A DNA stretch of 60,081 nt from an uncultured Clostridia bacterium (GTDB lineage Bacteria > Bacillota > Clostridia > TANB77 > CAG-508): positions 1-60,081 of the forward strand of contig CAQYCU010000001.1 in assembly GCA_948919095.1 (NCBI GenBank). Reading direction: 5' to 3'. The translations under genes were made by a program, and so were the position numbers. Each line of letters begins with the position of its first letter. The first letter of the stretch is position 1. Under the pieces are notes generated by a model. The model made no database searches and was not told where the DNA came from. It saw only the letters and a program-made list of their open reading frames with translations. Positions 9,682 through 20,370 of the stretch are shown here, piece by piece.

Positions 9682-10588
9682 TTAACTTGTACTCTTTTCA
9701 ATTAAATATTTTCTTATAAATTCTTTATCAACTTTTGTTAGATGACTTTTTAAATATACTAAATCTAAACTAACCTCTGGCAATTTTATAAAATCTGGTA
9801 TTTTCACTTCATATACTTCATTATTTTCTAATGCTTTTTTCGATGCTTCCTTTAAAACATAAGCAATTCCAATTCCCTGTTTTGTGGCATTTATTCTTTG
9901 TTCAGTTAGTCCGACATCTCATTACTGCATCAAGTTCAATATTATAGTCTTTTAATATTTCTACTAATCTTATTGTATTTGATCTTTGCTCTCCTGCTAA
10001 TATGTATTTATATTTGTTTAAATCATTTATATCATCTATAACAATTTTTTTATCTGCTATAAATATATATTTACTCTTTTTTATTTCTCTAATTTCTAAA
10101 TCTTTTTCATTATTACATTCACTTGGTATTCTATCTAATATAGCAAAATCTATTTTGTTTTGCTTTAATGCTTCAACCAAATCTTCGCACTCATAAGATG
10201 TATCTAGGTTTATTTTAAAGTTTGGATAATCTTTTACTACTTGTGCAATTTTTTGCATTAGATAAAATTCTAAAATATGACTTGGACATCCAATAGATAT
10301 TTTACCTTGTTCCATATTATTTTTTGAATTAGCAATAACACCTGCAAAGTCAATATCTACAAAACCACTTTTTACAGTTTCATATATATCTTTCCCTACA
10401 TCAGTTAATTCTAATGGTTTTCTAGTAAACAGTTTTACTCCTAATTGTTTTTCAAGGGTACTAATATTCGTTGAAACTGTTGAGTGAGAATATCCTAGTT
10501 TTTCTCCTGCTTTTACTAAACTTTTAGATTCTGCTGTTGCAATAAAGAATCGTAACAAGTTTAGGTTTATGTTGTTCATATCAATCAT
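9682..10588 (-). CDS. LysR-type transcriptional regulator; needs a +1 shift at CGG 9911-9913
   Basis: N-terminal LysR HTH (LNLLRFFIATAESKSLVKAGEKLGYSHSTVSTNISTLEKQLGVKLF). Junction ...DAVMRC|GLTEQRINATKQGIGIAYVL... continues to the stop at 9682-9684. Confidence 0.8.
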
Positions 10589-10589
10589 T

Positions 10590-11195
10590 TTAAATCTCCA
10601 ATACTTTTTTTAATTCAATTTCAGCTTTCTTAACAAAGAAATTGCTTTTATCTATTGGTATATTTAATTTGATAATCTTTTGTTTTAACTTATCTATTGT
10701 ATCTAATTCTTTATTACTGTCTATTGTTTCTATTTCAATTAAGTTTTCGCCATTTAATATATTTTTTATTTGAATATTAATTCCATCTTTACTATATACA
10801 ACATCATTTTCTTTAATAGTCATTATTTCTTTATATCCAATGGCTTTTAGTATATTTTTTCCTTGTTCTGTATTTTTTATTTCACAATCATACTTTTGTT
10901 GACTTATAATATCTCCATTTGGTGCTATGTTCTTTTCTTTATATGTAAGCTTTATAATACTATACCATTTAATAAATTCATCTGGCTCATATTGTTTTAT
11001 ATCTCTAATTAAAATATATGATTTCAATATTTCTCTAGGTGTTGATTTTTGTATATCAATATCATTCTTAATATAATATACATCATTGAGTTCAAATTTA
11101 TCTGTCAATATAAATTCTTTACTCTTTAAAATCTTCTCTATATCATTAACAGAGCATTTTAACTTAACTGTTATTTCATTACTCAAATCTCTCAC
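10590..11195 (-). CDS. CYTH-like (triphosphate tunnel / class IV cyclase fold) protein
   Basis: 201 aa. N-terminal EITVKLK (degenerate ExExK), LTYK in the middle, C-terminal GENLIEIE. Stop/start-coupled to the LysR gene. Confidence 0.45.
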   Translation of the reverse strand: MRDLSNEITVKLKCSVNDIEKILKSKEFILTDKFELNDVYYIKNDIDIQKSTPREILKSYILIRDIKQYEPDEFIKWYSIIKLTYKEKNIAPNGDIISQQKYDCEIKNTEQGKNILKAIGYKEIMTIKENDVVYSKDGINIQIKNILNGENLIEIETIDSNKELDTIDKLKQKIIKLNIPIDKSNFFVKKAEIELKKVLEI

Positions 11196-11323
11196 ACCTT
11201 AATTTTCATTACTTCTCAATTATAACATATTATGTCAAACTATTCAAGTAAAAATGCCTATATTTCTTATATTTGAGCATAAAAAATGTATCTAAAATAT
11301 AAAAATGTCCCAACAAAAAAACT

Positions 11324-11358
11324 ATAATCCCTAAATACTAGATTTTTTTAGGGATTAT
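11324..11358. terminator. bidirectional terminator
   Basis: ATAATCCCTAAA/TTTAGGGATTAT 12-bp stem with flanking A and T runs. Confidence 0.6.
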
Positions 11359-11419
11359 GTTTTTAAAATTTAGGAACATTTTTCAAAATCATTGACAATA
11401 TAAAGTTTTTAAAAGTTCT

Positions 11420-11800
11420 CTAATCTTTTCTTTTAGTCTTTATTTTACTCAAATTAGGAAATGTTGCAAGAATAATATCTTTTAAGATCATCAATTCTTC
11501 TTCATCACATTTGTCAATAATATTTTTTAAAATTTCTTTATTTGTATATTCTTTATTGTTATTCATATTTTCTCCATATAATAAATTATCTGAAGATTCT
11601 CTTAATGCTACACATATTTGATGCAAAGTATGTATGCTACAACTTTTATCTCCTTTTTCTAAACTTAAAACATAGTTTTCAGTTCTATCTATCATTTCAG
11701 ACATCTTTTCTCTAGTCAAACCTATACTTTCTCTTGCCTTTTTTGTTCTTTCTCCAAAACCTTTCCAATCTTTGTATTCTTTCTTGTCTGTTCTACTCAT
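11420..11800 (-). CDS. XRE-family HTH regulator
   Basis: 126 aa. FGERTKKARESIGLTREKMSEMIDRTENYVLSLEKGDKS is a Cro/C1-type HTH. Confidence 0.75.
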   Translation of the reverse strand: MSRTDKKEYKDWKGFGERTKKARESIGLTREKMSEMIDRTENYVLSLEKGDKSCSIHTLHQICVALRESSDNLLYGENMNNNKEYTNKEILKNIIDKCDEEELMILKDIILATFPNLSKIKTKRKD

Positions 11801-11946
11801 TATTTCGCCTCCAATACTAACAGTAATTTTTATAATTTCTATTAGTATTATCTCATTTTAAGCAAAATAATTTTAGAAACTAATAATAATTTATATTGTT
11901 ATTATTGGTCATTTTGTAAGTAAATAAAAAACGAACTTAATTCGCA

Positions 11947-12534
11947 TTATATTTTACAAGTTGGGTACTCCATATTTAAAATGTCATTGTTGATATTTTT
12001 AATTATCTTATTAAAAAACATTTCTTGTATTTTGTTTTTCTTTAGCACGTATTTACACTTTCTTAAAAAATTGCCCCCTATGTAATTTTTCAGTACTACA
12101 CTATTAACTGTTTTCTTTGCCATAATAATTTCTTTTTCATTTAAAGACAATTCTTTATATATTTGTTTAATCTTGTCTGGTTTAATAATTTGTTGCTTTA
12201 TTATATTTGCTACTAGCACTTCTTCATAATAATTCCTAAATTCAATGATTTTTATATTGTCCATTATTAGTTTGTTAAGTATTTGAATATTGATAAATGT
12301 AGTGTATATTTGTGGATTAAGAGATAATTTGTTTAATATATTAGGTAATATCATATAATCACACAAAATTGCTTTTTTTACCCTTTCACTCATTATGTCA
12401 TTTTTCAAATAAATTAAATCGTATTCTTCTTTTTTAAGTATCATTTCTAAACTGTTTGAATTTGTATAGCTAATATTAGTTTCTTTTCTTTCTGATACTT
12501 CTATATGTTCATTTACTATTAAAATTTTATACAT
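11947..12534 (-). CDS. hypothetical protein
   Basis: 195-aa ORF, no confident motif. Confidence 0.4.
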   Translation of the reverse strand: MYKILIVNEHIEVSERKETNISYTNSNSLEMILKKEEYDLIYLKNDIMSERVKKAILCDYMILPNILNKLSLNPQIYTTFINIQILNKLIMDNIKIIEFRNYYEEVLVANIIKQQIIKPDKIKQIYKELSLNEKEIIMAKKTVNSVVLKNYIGGNFLRKCKYVLKKNKIQEMFFNKIIKNINNDILNMEYPTCKI

Positions 12535-12598
12535 ATTTCTTACATCCCAACTAATTCATTTTTACACTTTTCGCATACTTTTTTGGCTTTATATTCTA

Positions 12599-12958
12599 TT
12601 AGGCTTTTTTTTTACCACAAAATATACATTCTTCTTCAACTTTTTTTAGAATAAAATACTTTCCAAAGCTCCATACTTCTATGGAATCTTTTTCTTTCCA
12701 TTCTAATTTATTTCTTATTTCTATATTTACTACTACTCTACCTAGTTCATCAAACCTCTTATTTGAATTTTCTGTTTGTTCTATTATTTCTACTATTACA
12801 TAATCTTTGATATTATATATTGCTACTTTTGTTTCTCTATCTACTACTTTTCCTTTTCTATAATCCTTTGGTATTACAATTCGTCCTAATTCATCAAGTT
12901 TTCTAATAATACCATTAGATTTTTTTGCTTTGTTTATTACTTTTTCTACTTCACTCAT
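12599..12958 (-). CDS. tandem (two-copy) AbrB/SpoVT-domain regulator
   Basis: Two AbrB N-domain signatures in one chain: IIRKLDELGRIVIPKDYR and KRFDELGRVVVNIEIRNKL...ILKK. I placed the start at the ATG preceded by GAGAGGAGG. The track ORF extends to 13024. Confidence 0.7.
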   Translation of the reverse strand: MSEVEKVINKAKKSNGIIRKLDELGRIVIPKDYRKGKVVDRETKVAIYNIKDYVIVEIIEQTENSNKRFDELGRVVVNIEIRNKLEWKEKDSIEVWSFGKYFILKKVEEECIFCGKKKA

Positions 12959-13072
12959 AGTATTTTCCTCCTCTCGTATTAAATTGGCAACATTTTCAAG
13001 GCTGTGCCTTTCAAATTGTAGCATAAAGAAATGATAAAATCAATATACTTACAATAAAAGGAAGGAAATTTT

Positions 13073-13357
13073 ATGAGTAATACTAGAAATCCCTATATTG
13101 AGTTAAGAGGAAAATTAAATGTTACTGGTGATAATATAAATCGCATAAGAGTGCAACAAAATTTATCCGCTCAACAATTATCTGACAAGCTGATTATGAT
13201 TGGATTAGATATTCATAGACAAGCTATATATGATATTGAATCTGGTAAAAGAACTGTTGCAGATTATGAACTTTGTGCTATTGCCGAAATGTTAAATACA
13301 TCTAGTGATATATTGTTAAAAGATTTTTCTAATTTTATAAAGGAAGAAAAAAAATAA
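13073..13357 (+). CDS. XRE-family HTH regulator
   Basis: 94 aa. IRVQQNLSAQQLSDKLIMIGLDIHRQAIYDIESGKR. Divergent from the AbrB-like gene. Confidence 0.75.
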   Translation: MSNTRNPYIELRGKLNVTGDNINRIRVQQNLSAQQLSDKLIMIGLDIHRQAIYDIESGKRTVADYELCAIAEMLNTSSDILLKDFSNFIKEEKK

Positions 13358-13440
13358 AAGAGATTACTAAAATGAAAATAGTAATCTCTTATTTAATTTT
13401 TATCTCTATACTTTCGTATATTGTAATTTTTTAAATATAA

Positions 13441-15894
13441 TTATTCTATATCGTATCTTGCCAATATCTTTGCAGGTGTCTTTTTAAGAACTCTATGTAA
13501 AGGCATTAGTCCAATTATAATATTAAATAAATAAACTATTAAAATACTAATTCCTACTGTCTTGTTATTTATAATAAACATTCTATCTACATAAGGAATA
13601 TTAGATATTCCATTTAATATATATGCCATAAGAATTATTCCTAACATACTACTGAAAGTTGTTATAACTAGAATTTCTCCTAAAAACATTCTATAAATAT
13701 CTGCCTTTTTTACTCCTATTGCTCTATATATTCCTATTTCTTTTATTTTTGATAAAAAAGACGATCTCATCATTAGGTATATTTCTATTAATGAAATTGA
13801 AAGTATTATTGTTGCAAAAATAATAGAACTTCTTATAGATTTTTCTTTTTTACTTAAATAATTTTCCTTATCTCTTTCATATCTATCAATTACATTTAGA
13901 TTATACTCGTTTTTAAATTTATTAATAATATCTTGTTTGTTTTTAGGATAAATCATTAAACCATTGCTTTTATTAACTACATCATATTTTACAGTATTAT
14001 TATTAACTAAATATGCTTGTATATTACTTTTACTATCATAATATCCTACTACTTTTAATTCATTATTATTTACTTTTGTTTTTATTTTCTTATTCAATTT
14101 CATATCATATTGATTAGATTTGTTTACAATTACCTCATAATCATTTTCTGGTAATCTTCCCTTTGTTATTACAATATCATCTAAATATAAATTGTAATCC
14201 ATTACTGCACTTTCTGTTTCTTCATCATTCATTGGTATATACATACCCATTAGTCCATCAGATTTTGTTGAATTGTTTAATAAATTTATAAACATCTCTC
14301 TACTCGTAAATATTGACAATGCTTTTGTATCAGCAATTCCAACTATTACAAAATCTTTCATATTATTCATTGATATAGTTTTGTTTAATAACTCATCTTC
14401 ACTTTTTATTCCCATATTTCTTATCATACCAGAATCTCCATTTATCATATGTTCAACTACTCTTTTGTCAACCACAATTTCATAATTATTATCTGGCATT
14501 CTTCCTTTTACTATATCATTTGATGTTATAGTATCTATACTAACTAAAGAACCTGATAGTTCAAAGGAATATCTTGATAGTTGGTAATAATCGTCAAATT
14601 TTATCTTAAAACTAATATTACTATCTCCTGGCAATATGTAATTAACATTTTCTAATTGCTCGTATTTTAAAAACTTTTCAACATTTACATTTCCCATATC
14701 TACTTGTAAATAATTCTTATCTACAGTCATAAAATCAGTATCTTTTATTTCAAGAGTTCCTGCAATATTACTTACTGAATATACTATAAACATACTTGAC
14801 GCAAAAAAACCTATCAACAATATCTTCCTTAATATAGTATAATTAGAAATTCTTTTAAATCCATTTATTATAGATTTCATAATTCCATATATAGAAGTAT
14901 ATTTAGTCTTATACCTTTTGTCTATTATTTTTTCTAAATTATAATCATAATCATCATAAATACTTTTATCTAACTTTTTATAATGTTCATTTACTAATTC
15001 TATCGCAGAATTTTCATCTACAACTTCTATTTTTTGGCTTTCAGATTTTATATATATATTTCCATCTTTAATAGCTAATTCAATATTTACCTCATTATTT
15101 TCATTATTTGTATATACATCTACATTAATTTTATTTTTATTTAGTGTATCTTTACTTTGAAAATCTTTCAAGTATAGCTTATTATCAAGTCTATATTCCA
15201 AAGATTCTTTTGGCTTATTTTCATAATCTTCTATAATTTTTCCATCTTGTAACTTAATTATTCTTGAAGCGTAGAAGTTTGCTAAATCAATTTCGTGTGT
15301 TACTAAAATTACTAATTTATCTTTGGATAATGCTTTTATTATATTCATTATCTCTAATGAATTTTTACTATCTAAATTACCTGTTGGCTCATCAGCAATT
15401 ACTATGCTTGGATTTTTTACTATTGCTCTTGCTATTGCTACTCTTTGTTTTTCCCCTCCAGATAACATCCTAGCAGGTCTATTTCTATATCTATACATTT
15501 TAACTGCTTCTAAAACATACTTTACTCTTTTTTCTATTTCTTTTTTATTTTTTATTCCTATCATTTTTAAAGAAATAGCAACATTTTCATAAACAGACAA
15601 ATTATCTAACAATTTGTAATCTTGAAATATATATCCAATATTTAAGTTTCTGATTTTATCAACTACATAAGAACTTCTTTTTGTAATTTTCTTACCATTT
15701 ACAAAAATTTTTCCCTTATTTACTTTATCTAATCCACCTATTGCATTCAATATAGTAGTCTTTCCACTTCCAGAATGTCCCAAAATTGCTACTAAACCTG
15801 TTTTTTCTAGTTCAAGAGATGTATTATTTATAATATGTATCTGATTTGGTTTTCTTCTATTAAAGTATTTATTAACTTTTTCTAATTTTACCAT
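13441..15894 (-). CDS. fused ABC ATPase / FtsX-type permease (MacB-like)
   Basis: 817 aa with Walker A GHSGSGKTT, signature LSGGEKQRVAIARA and Walker B IVIADEPTGNLD. A large extracytoplasmic region follows, then C-terminal FtsX-like TM helices. Confidence 0.85.
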   Translation of the reverse strand: MVKLEKVNKYFNRRKPNQIHIINNTSLELEKTGLVAILGHSGSGKTTILNAIGGLDKVNKGKIFVNGKKITKRSSYVVDKIRNLNIGYIFQDYKLLDNLSVYENVAISLKMIGIKNKKEIEKRVKYVLEAVKMYRYRNRPARMLSGGEKQRVAIARAIVKNPSIVIADEPTGNLDSKNSLEIMNIIKALSKDKLVILVTHEIDLANFYASRIIKLQDGKIIEDYENKPKESLEYRLDNKLYLKDFQSKDTLNKNKINVDVYTNNENNEVNIELAIKDGNIYIKSESQKIEVVDENSAIELVNEHYKKLDKSIYDDYDYNLEKIIDKRYKTKYTSIYGIMKSIINGFKRISNYTILRKILLIGFFASSMFIVYSVSNIAGTLEIKDTDFMTVDKNYLQVDMGNVNVEKFLKYEQLENVNYILPGDSNISFKIKFDDYYQLSRYSFELSGSLVSIDTITSNDIVKGRMPDNNYEIVVDKRVVEHMINGDSGMIRNMGIKSEDELLNKTISMNNMKDFVIVGIADTKALSIFTSREMFINLLNNSTKSDGLMGMYIPMNDEETESAVMDYNLYLDDIVITKGRLPENDYEVIVNKSNQYDMKLNKKIKTKVNNNELKVVGYYDSKSNIQAYLVNNNTVKYDVVNKSNGLMIYPKNKQDIINKFKNEYNLNVIDRYERDKENYLSKKEKSIRSSIIFATIILSISLIEIYLMMRSSFLSKIKEIGIYRAIGVKKADIYRMFLGEILVITTFSSMLGIILMAYILNGISNIPYVDRMFIINNKTVGISILIVYLFNIIIGLMPLHRVLKKTPAKILARYDIE

Positions 15895-15897
15895 ATA

Positions 15898-18093
15898 TTA
15901 CACCTCCTCATTGTATATATTCATTGCTGTGCTTTTAAAAATCTTTTTTGCAAATTTTCTGGATAATAATTTTACAATAAAAAGCAAAATAATATACATT
16001 ATTATATACTCTCTCAATGATAAATAGCTTACTAACTGTTCTATAAAATCAATATTTACTATATTTGTTTTTACTAGATGTATAAACAATAAAACTGATA
16101 TGTATGATAAACTTGAATTTATAAATAATTCTATATCTAAAATTCTCTTTATATTTTTAAAACTTGCCCCCAACATTCTTAATGTTGTATAATATACATT
16201 TCTTGATTTTAGAATTATCCTTACTATCAAATATGATATAAAAAACAATACTACAATTACAACTATTGTTACTACTACTTTTATTATTTTTATTATTTGT
16301 TTGTAGGTTGCAGAATCATCAACTTTATAATCTGTTACTTTTTTAGCTTTTAATCCAATATTATTTAATTCTAGCATTGTTTCTTCAATAATCTCACTAT
16401 TTTTTACATATACACTAGATTGATATGAAGATTTATTATATAAAGAATTATAATCTTCTTTATTTATAAATAATGTATTTCTATAGTTCTCATACTTTGT
16501 TAAGCCAGTTAATCTTTTGAAATTAGATTTTGTAAAAGTATTAGAAACTTTTAAACTTATCCTTTCCTCATAATAAATATTACTTGCACTAATATCCACA
16601 GGCTGATTTATAATTTTATAATTTTTAAATTGATACTTTAAGTCATCATCTAATATTACACATCCCTTATTCACATTATCATTCGGCTCTATATTATATT
16701 GTACATATTTATTATTAAAAAGTATTTTTAAATCACTATAATTTTTATTTACTAAACTTCTTAATTCTCTTAATGTTTCACTTTGTGCATAAAATTTAGG
16801 GTTATAATCATTATCATCTTTACTATATTGTATTCCTACAATCGTCAAATCCTTTATTTGCTCATTACCACTTGGATTCATTATTGAAAATGTTTTACTC
16901 AAAACTTCATCTATTCTATTCGTTATATAAAAGTGCTTTCTTCCTATTCTTAAAATAATTTCATTGTCATTATTTGGCTTTCTCCCCAAGTCTATATTTC
17001 CTCTAAAATTCTTTATATCTAAAATATTCCCATAGAAACTCATATCATCTCTATTTAAAGAAAAACTGCAATCTATAAACAAATCATCTTCAACTATATA
17101 ATCAATATTAGATATTCCTTTTATTCTTTCATAATCTTCATTAGTAAATGCTGATTGGTCTTGTTTTTTTATCAAAATCCTGTTATCAGAAATATCTCTA
17201 AATCCTATGCTATAACCACTTTCATCAGCTTCGTTTTCTGCAAGTTGAAAACTTGCGTACTCTGTTAAAAATGCTATGCTCATAAATAGAAAAACTATAA
17301 ATAATAATATAAATTTTGAAAATATGTTAAATGTATTTCTAATTCCTAATCTTATTTTATTAAACACTGTTATTTCATTATATTTGCATTCCATTATATC
17401 TTTATTTTCTTTAATTTTCTTTATTTCATTACAACTTACAATTCTACCATCGTGCATTTTTATAATTTTTGTGGCATATTGTTCTACTTGTTCTATGTTA
17501 TGTGTTACCATAACTACTAATTTATCTTTTGCAACTTTTCTTAATAATTCTATAATCTCCTCTGCTGATTTCGTGTCTAAATTACCTGTTGGCTCATCTG
17601 CCACTATAATAGGAGTATCTTTTATTATTGCTCTTGCTATTGCTACTCTCTGTTTTTGCCCTCCTGATAATTTTGAAACCTTTGTATTTTTGAATTTTGT
17701 TAAACCTACTTTATTTATTATATCTAATATTTTTTTCTTTATATTACTTTTCTTTTCGCCTTTTAACAGTAGTATCAATTCTATGTTTTGATATACAGTA
17801 TAACTATTTATCAAATTAAAATTTTGAAATATATTTGCTACATATTTTCTCCTATATTCTTCAAAATCTTTTTCTGTATAATGGCTTGTTTCTTTGCCAT
17901 TTACATACATTTCCCCCTCTTCATAACTATCAATACCAGATATTACATTTAAGAGTGTACTTTTTCCACTCCCAGATTCTCCTGTAATTACAACAAATTC
18001 TCCTAATTTTAATTCTAAATTTACTTTTGTTATTCCTGTTGCAATCATTCCTTTATTATAATAAATCTTTGATACATTTTCTAATTTTAACAT
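15898..18093 (-). CDS. fused ABC ATPase / FtsX-type permease (MacB-like)
   Basis: 731 aa with GESGSGKST, LSGGQKQRVAIARA, IIVADEPTGNLD and C-terminal TM helices. Confidence 0.85.
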   Translation of the reverse strand: MLKLENVSKIYYNKGMIATGITKVNLELKLGEFVVITGESGSGKSTLLNVISGIDSYEEGEMYVNGKETSHYTEKDFEEYRRKYVANIFQNFNLINSYTVYQNIELILLLKGEKKSNIKKKILDIINKVGLTKFKNTKVSKLSGGQKQRVAIARAIIKDTPIIVADEPTGNLDTKSAEEIIELLRKVAKDKLVVMVTHNIEQVEQYATKIIKMHDGRIVSCNEIKKIKENKDIMECKYNEITVFNKIRLGIRNTFNIFSKFILLFIVFLFMSIAFLTEYASFQLAENEADESGYSIGFRDISDNRILIKKQDQSAFTNEDYERIKGISNIDYIVEDDLFIDCSFSLNRDDMSFYGNILDIKNFRGNIDLGRKPNNDNEIILRIGRKHFYITNRIDEVLSKTFSIMNPSGNEQIKDLTIVGIQYSKDDNDYNPKFYAQSETLRELRSLVNKNYSDLKILFNNKYVQYNIEPNDNVNKGCVILDDDLKYQFKNYKIINQPVDISASNIYYEERISLKVSNTFTKSNFKRLTGLTKYENYRNTLFINKEDYNSLYNKSSYQSSVYVKNSEIIEETMLELNNIGLKAKKVTDYKVDDSATYKQIIKIIKVVVTIVVIVVLFFISYLIVRIILKSRNVYYTTLRMLGASFKNIKRILDIELFINSSLSYISVLLFIHLVKTNIVNIDFIEQLVSYLSLREYIIMYIILLFIVKLLSRKFAKKIFKSTAMNIYNEEV

Positions 18094-18216
18094 TTGCTAT
18101 TTCCCCTTTTTTATAAGCTCTGTACTTGCTCTAATTTTATCATAATTTATACTGTTTTCTCAATGATATTGTAAAAATAGGCAATAAAACTTTACTGCCT
18201 ATTAATGTTATTTATA

Positions 18217-18912
18217 TTAATTTTCTTCATAACCAATAGTGTTGGGTTCACTAATTTCATCATCCGTAATAGAGTCAAAATTGTACTCATAATTAGTAAT
18301 ATATTCTTTTTTATTATTATTGTTTTCTTTTGTGATCTCAATTACTTTCATTGTTAATCCAGTTTCTTTATCTATATATGCTTTCGTTGATATAACATCT
18401 TGTAACATTAATTGATTTCCACTTAATTTTCCATCTATAACATAATATTCTTTTCCATCTATTGTTTCTGTAGAAACTTTTGAAGTAATACATTTTATAA
18501 GTTTATCTATAAAAGAATTTGTGTCAATGGTATTATTTATTTTTGCAACTCTCAAGGCATCCATACTATTAACATCAGTTACTGTTACTTTTTTAGTTTC
18601 TTCAAAAAAGGTATAATTCTTACATTCGTTTCCATTTTTTAATTGAATAACTGTCATTGGTTTATCTTTATACTTTATTATTAACTTATCTATATCATTT
18701 TTAATAAATCTTTCTGTTATTGACTTTTCTGAATCTATTTTAGAATACATATTCTCACTTTTTTCATACTTGCTAATTTTTTCTTGTAAATCATTAAATA
18801 TTATAACTTTTCTAATCGTATTTATTGCAAAAATAACTAATAATATTACTAATATTGCAACGATTATTTTCCATAATTTTATTTTTTCTTTTTCCATAAT
18901 TTTATCCTCCAA
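18217..18912 (-). CDS. membrane-anchored extracytoplasmic protein (ABC accessory?)
   Basis: 231 aa, single N-terminal TM helix, no motif recognised. Confidence 0.45.
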   Translation of the reverse strand: MEDKIMEKEKIKLWKIIVAILVILLVIFAINTIRKVIIFNDLQEKISKYEKSENMYSKIDSEKSITERFIKNDIDKLIIKYKDKPMTVIQLKNGNECKNYTFFEETKKVTVTDVNSMDALRVAKINNTIDTNSFIDKLIKCITSKVSTETIDGKEYYVIDGKLSGNQLMLQDVISTKAYIDKETGLTMKVIEITKENNNNKKEYITNYEYNFDSITDDEISEPNTIGYEEN

Positions 18913-19125
18913 TTTCTATTTGCATTATAATAGATTCTTTAATAAATATCAAGTTAATTTATGTATGTTTTTTGTATTCTCTTATATGTTTTTTTATACT
19001 CTAAAAATCAAATACTAGCTAAATCATCTATATACATTAGCAATAAATTTTGAATTATGCAATATTTTATATATCTTTACATATAAGACGAAGCAAGTTC
19101 ATTTTCGTTACATTTTTTGTAAAAT

Positions 19126-19863
19126 TTATTTTAAATATTTATTATATAATTCTTTTGCATTATTAATTGCATCCTCTTTAGATATTCCACTTTGTTGATA
19201 AGGATATATTGTGTAATCTCCCTTTTTTAAATAAATTCTCCAATTAGCAGAAAAATTATTTCCACAATAATCCACAAAATTATTTATAATATCCATTGCT
19301 TTTTCTAGTTCTTCATATGAATCTATTTTCATATATGTATCATAGTCTAAAATATCTTCTGTTTTATTTTCGATTATTATAAAATTTTCTTTTTCTTTAC
19401 TTTCCCATCTTTCAAAGTAATATTTATGACAATTATCAGAATAATCTTCGCTTAAACTTCCAAATTTTCTTATGGCAGTAAATTGAATTTCGTTATTATC
19501 TGATACTTGAAAAACATATTTGCCATTTTCTTTTTCATCTATATCTTTATAGATTAAATCAATTTTTGTATTATACATATTTTCTATTGTTTTTTCTGGT
19601 TTTACATTTGTTTTTGCATTTATATTAGAAATAATCAAGTCAAAAATCAAGAGAACGCTAGCTATAACTATTATAATAGTTATAATTTCTCCAATTTTAA
19701 TTGTTTTTCCTGCTATTTTCATTCCTTTTACAATAGTGTTTACTCCTTTGTATTCTCTTTTTTCGCCTATTTCTGAAAAATCTACTCTAAACTTTTCCTT
19801 TTGTTCTTCTTTTCTTCTTTCTTGCCATTTTTCTAATTCTTCCCAATCTTCTTTATTTCCCAT
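19126..19863 (-). CDS. membrane-anchored hypothetical protein
   Basis: 245 aa: charged N-terminus, one TM helix, then a soluble domain. Confidence 0.45.
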   Translation of the reverse strand: MGNKEDWEELEKWQERRKEEQKEKFRVDFSEIGEKREYKGVNTIVKGMKIAGKTIKIGEIITIIIVIASVLLIFDLIISNINAKTNVKPEKTIENMYNTKIDLIYKDIDEKENGKYVFQVSDNNEIQFTAIRKFGSLSEDYSDNCHKYYFERWESKEKENFIIIENKTEDILDYDTYMKIDSYEELEKAMDIINNFVDYCGNNFSANWRIYLKKGDYTIYPYQQSGISKEDAINNAKELYNKYLK

Positions 19864-19957
19864 ATTTTATCCCTCTAATCTTCACTACAAATGACTACTT
19901 CTTGTTTGTATTATAACAAAGGACAGGTAATTATCTGCCCTACTTATTAATTTTATT

Positions 19958-20302
19958 TTATTCAATAACTCCTGCTATACATTTATTAAACATATACATT
20001 TCTATACTTATTATTTGCTCATTTTCTTTTGTTACATCTTTTTTTACATTTACTTTATAGCCTAATCCTTGATATATTATTGTTTTATATGTCAAATCTG
20101 TTTCTTCCATTTTTATTGCAAATATTGGCTCTCTAAAGCTATGTACTCTGTTCATATCTATTGATAATATGATACAATATAAAGTTACTATAATTATTAT
20201 AATAGATAACACTATTTTTAAAGTTTTTTTACAAAATTTAATTACCAAAAGCATTGCTAACAATAATATTATAAAAATTCCTATCATAAAAATTCCTATC
20301 AT
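19958..20302 (-). CDS. small membrane protein
   Basis: 114 aa with two TM helices. The N-terminus MIGIFMIGIF is created by a 15-bp tandem repeat. Confidence 0.4.
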   Translation of the reverse strand: MIGIFMIGIFIILLLAMLLVIKFCKKTLKIVLSIIIIIVTLYCIILSIDMNRVHSFREPIFAIKMEETDLTYKTIIYQGLGYKVNVKKDVTKENEQIISIEMYMFNKCIAGVIE

Positions 20303-20315
20303 AAAAATTCCTCCT
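20271..20315. repeat. 15-bp tandem repeat x3 covering the SD/start of ORF 19958-20302
   Basis: ATAAAAATTCCTATC, ATAAAAATTCCTATC, ATAAAAATTCCTCCT. Confidence 0.8.
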
Positions 20316-20370
20316 ATTAGACAAATTACTTGTTATGATGATTATACCATAGAATAAAATAATTAACAAC

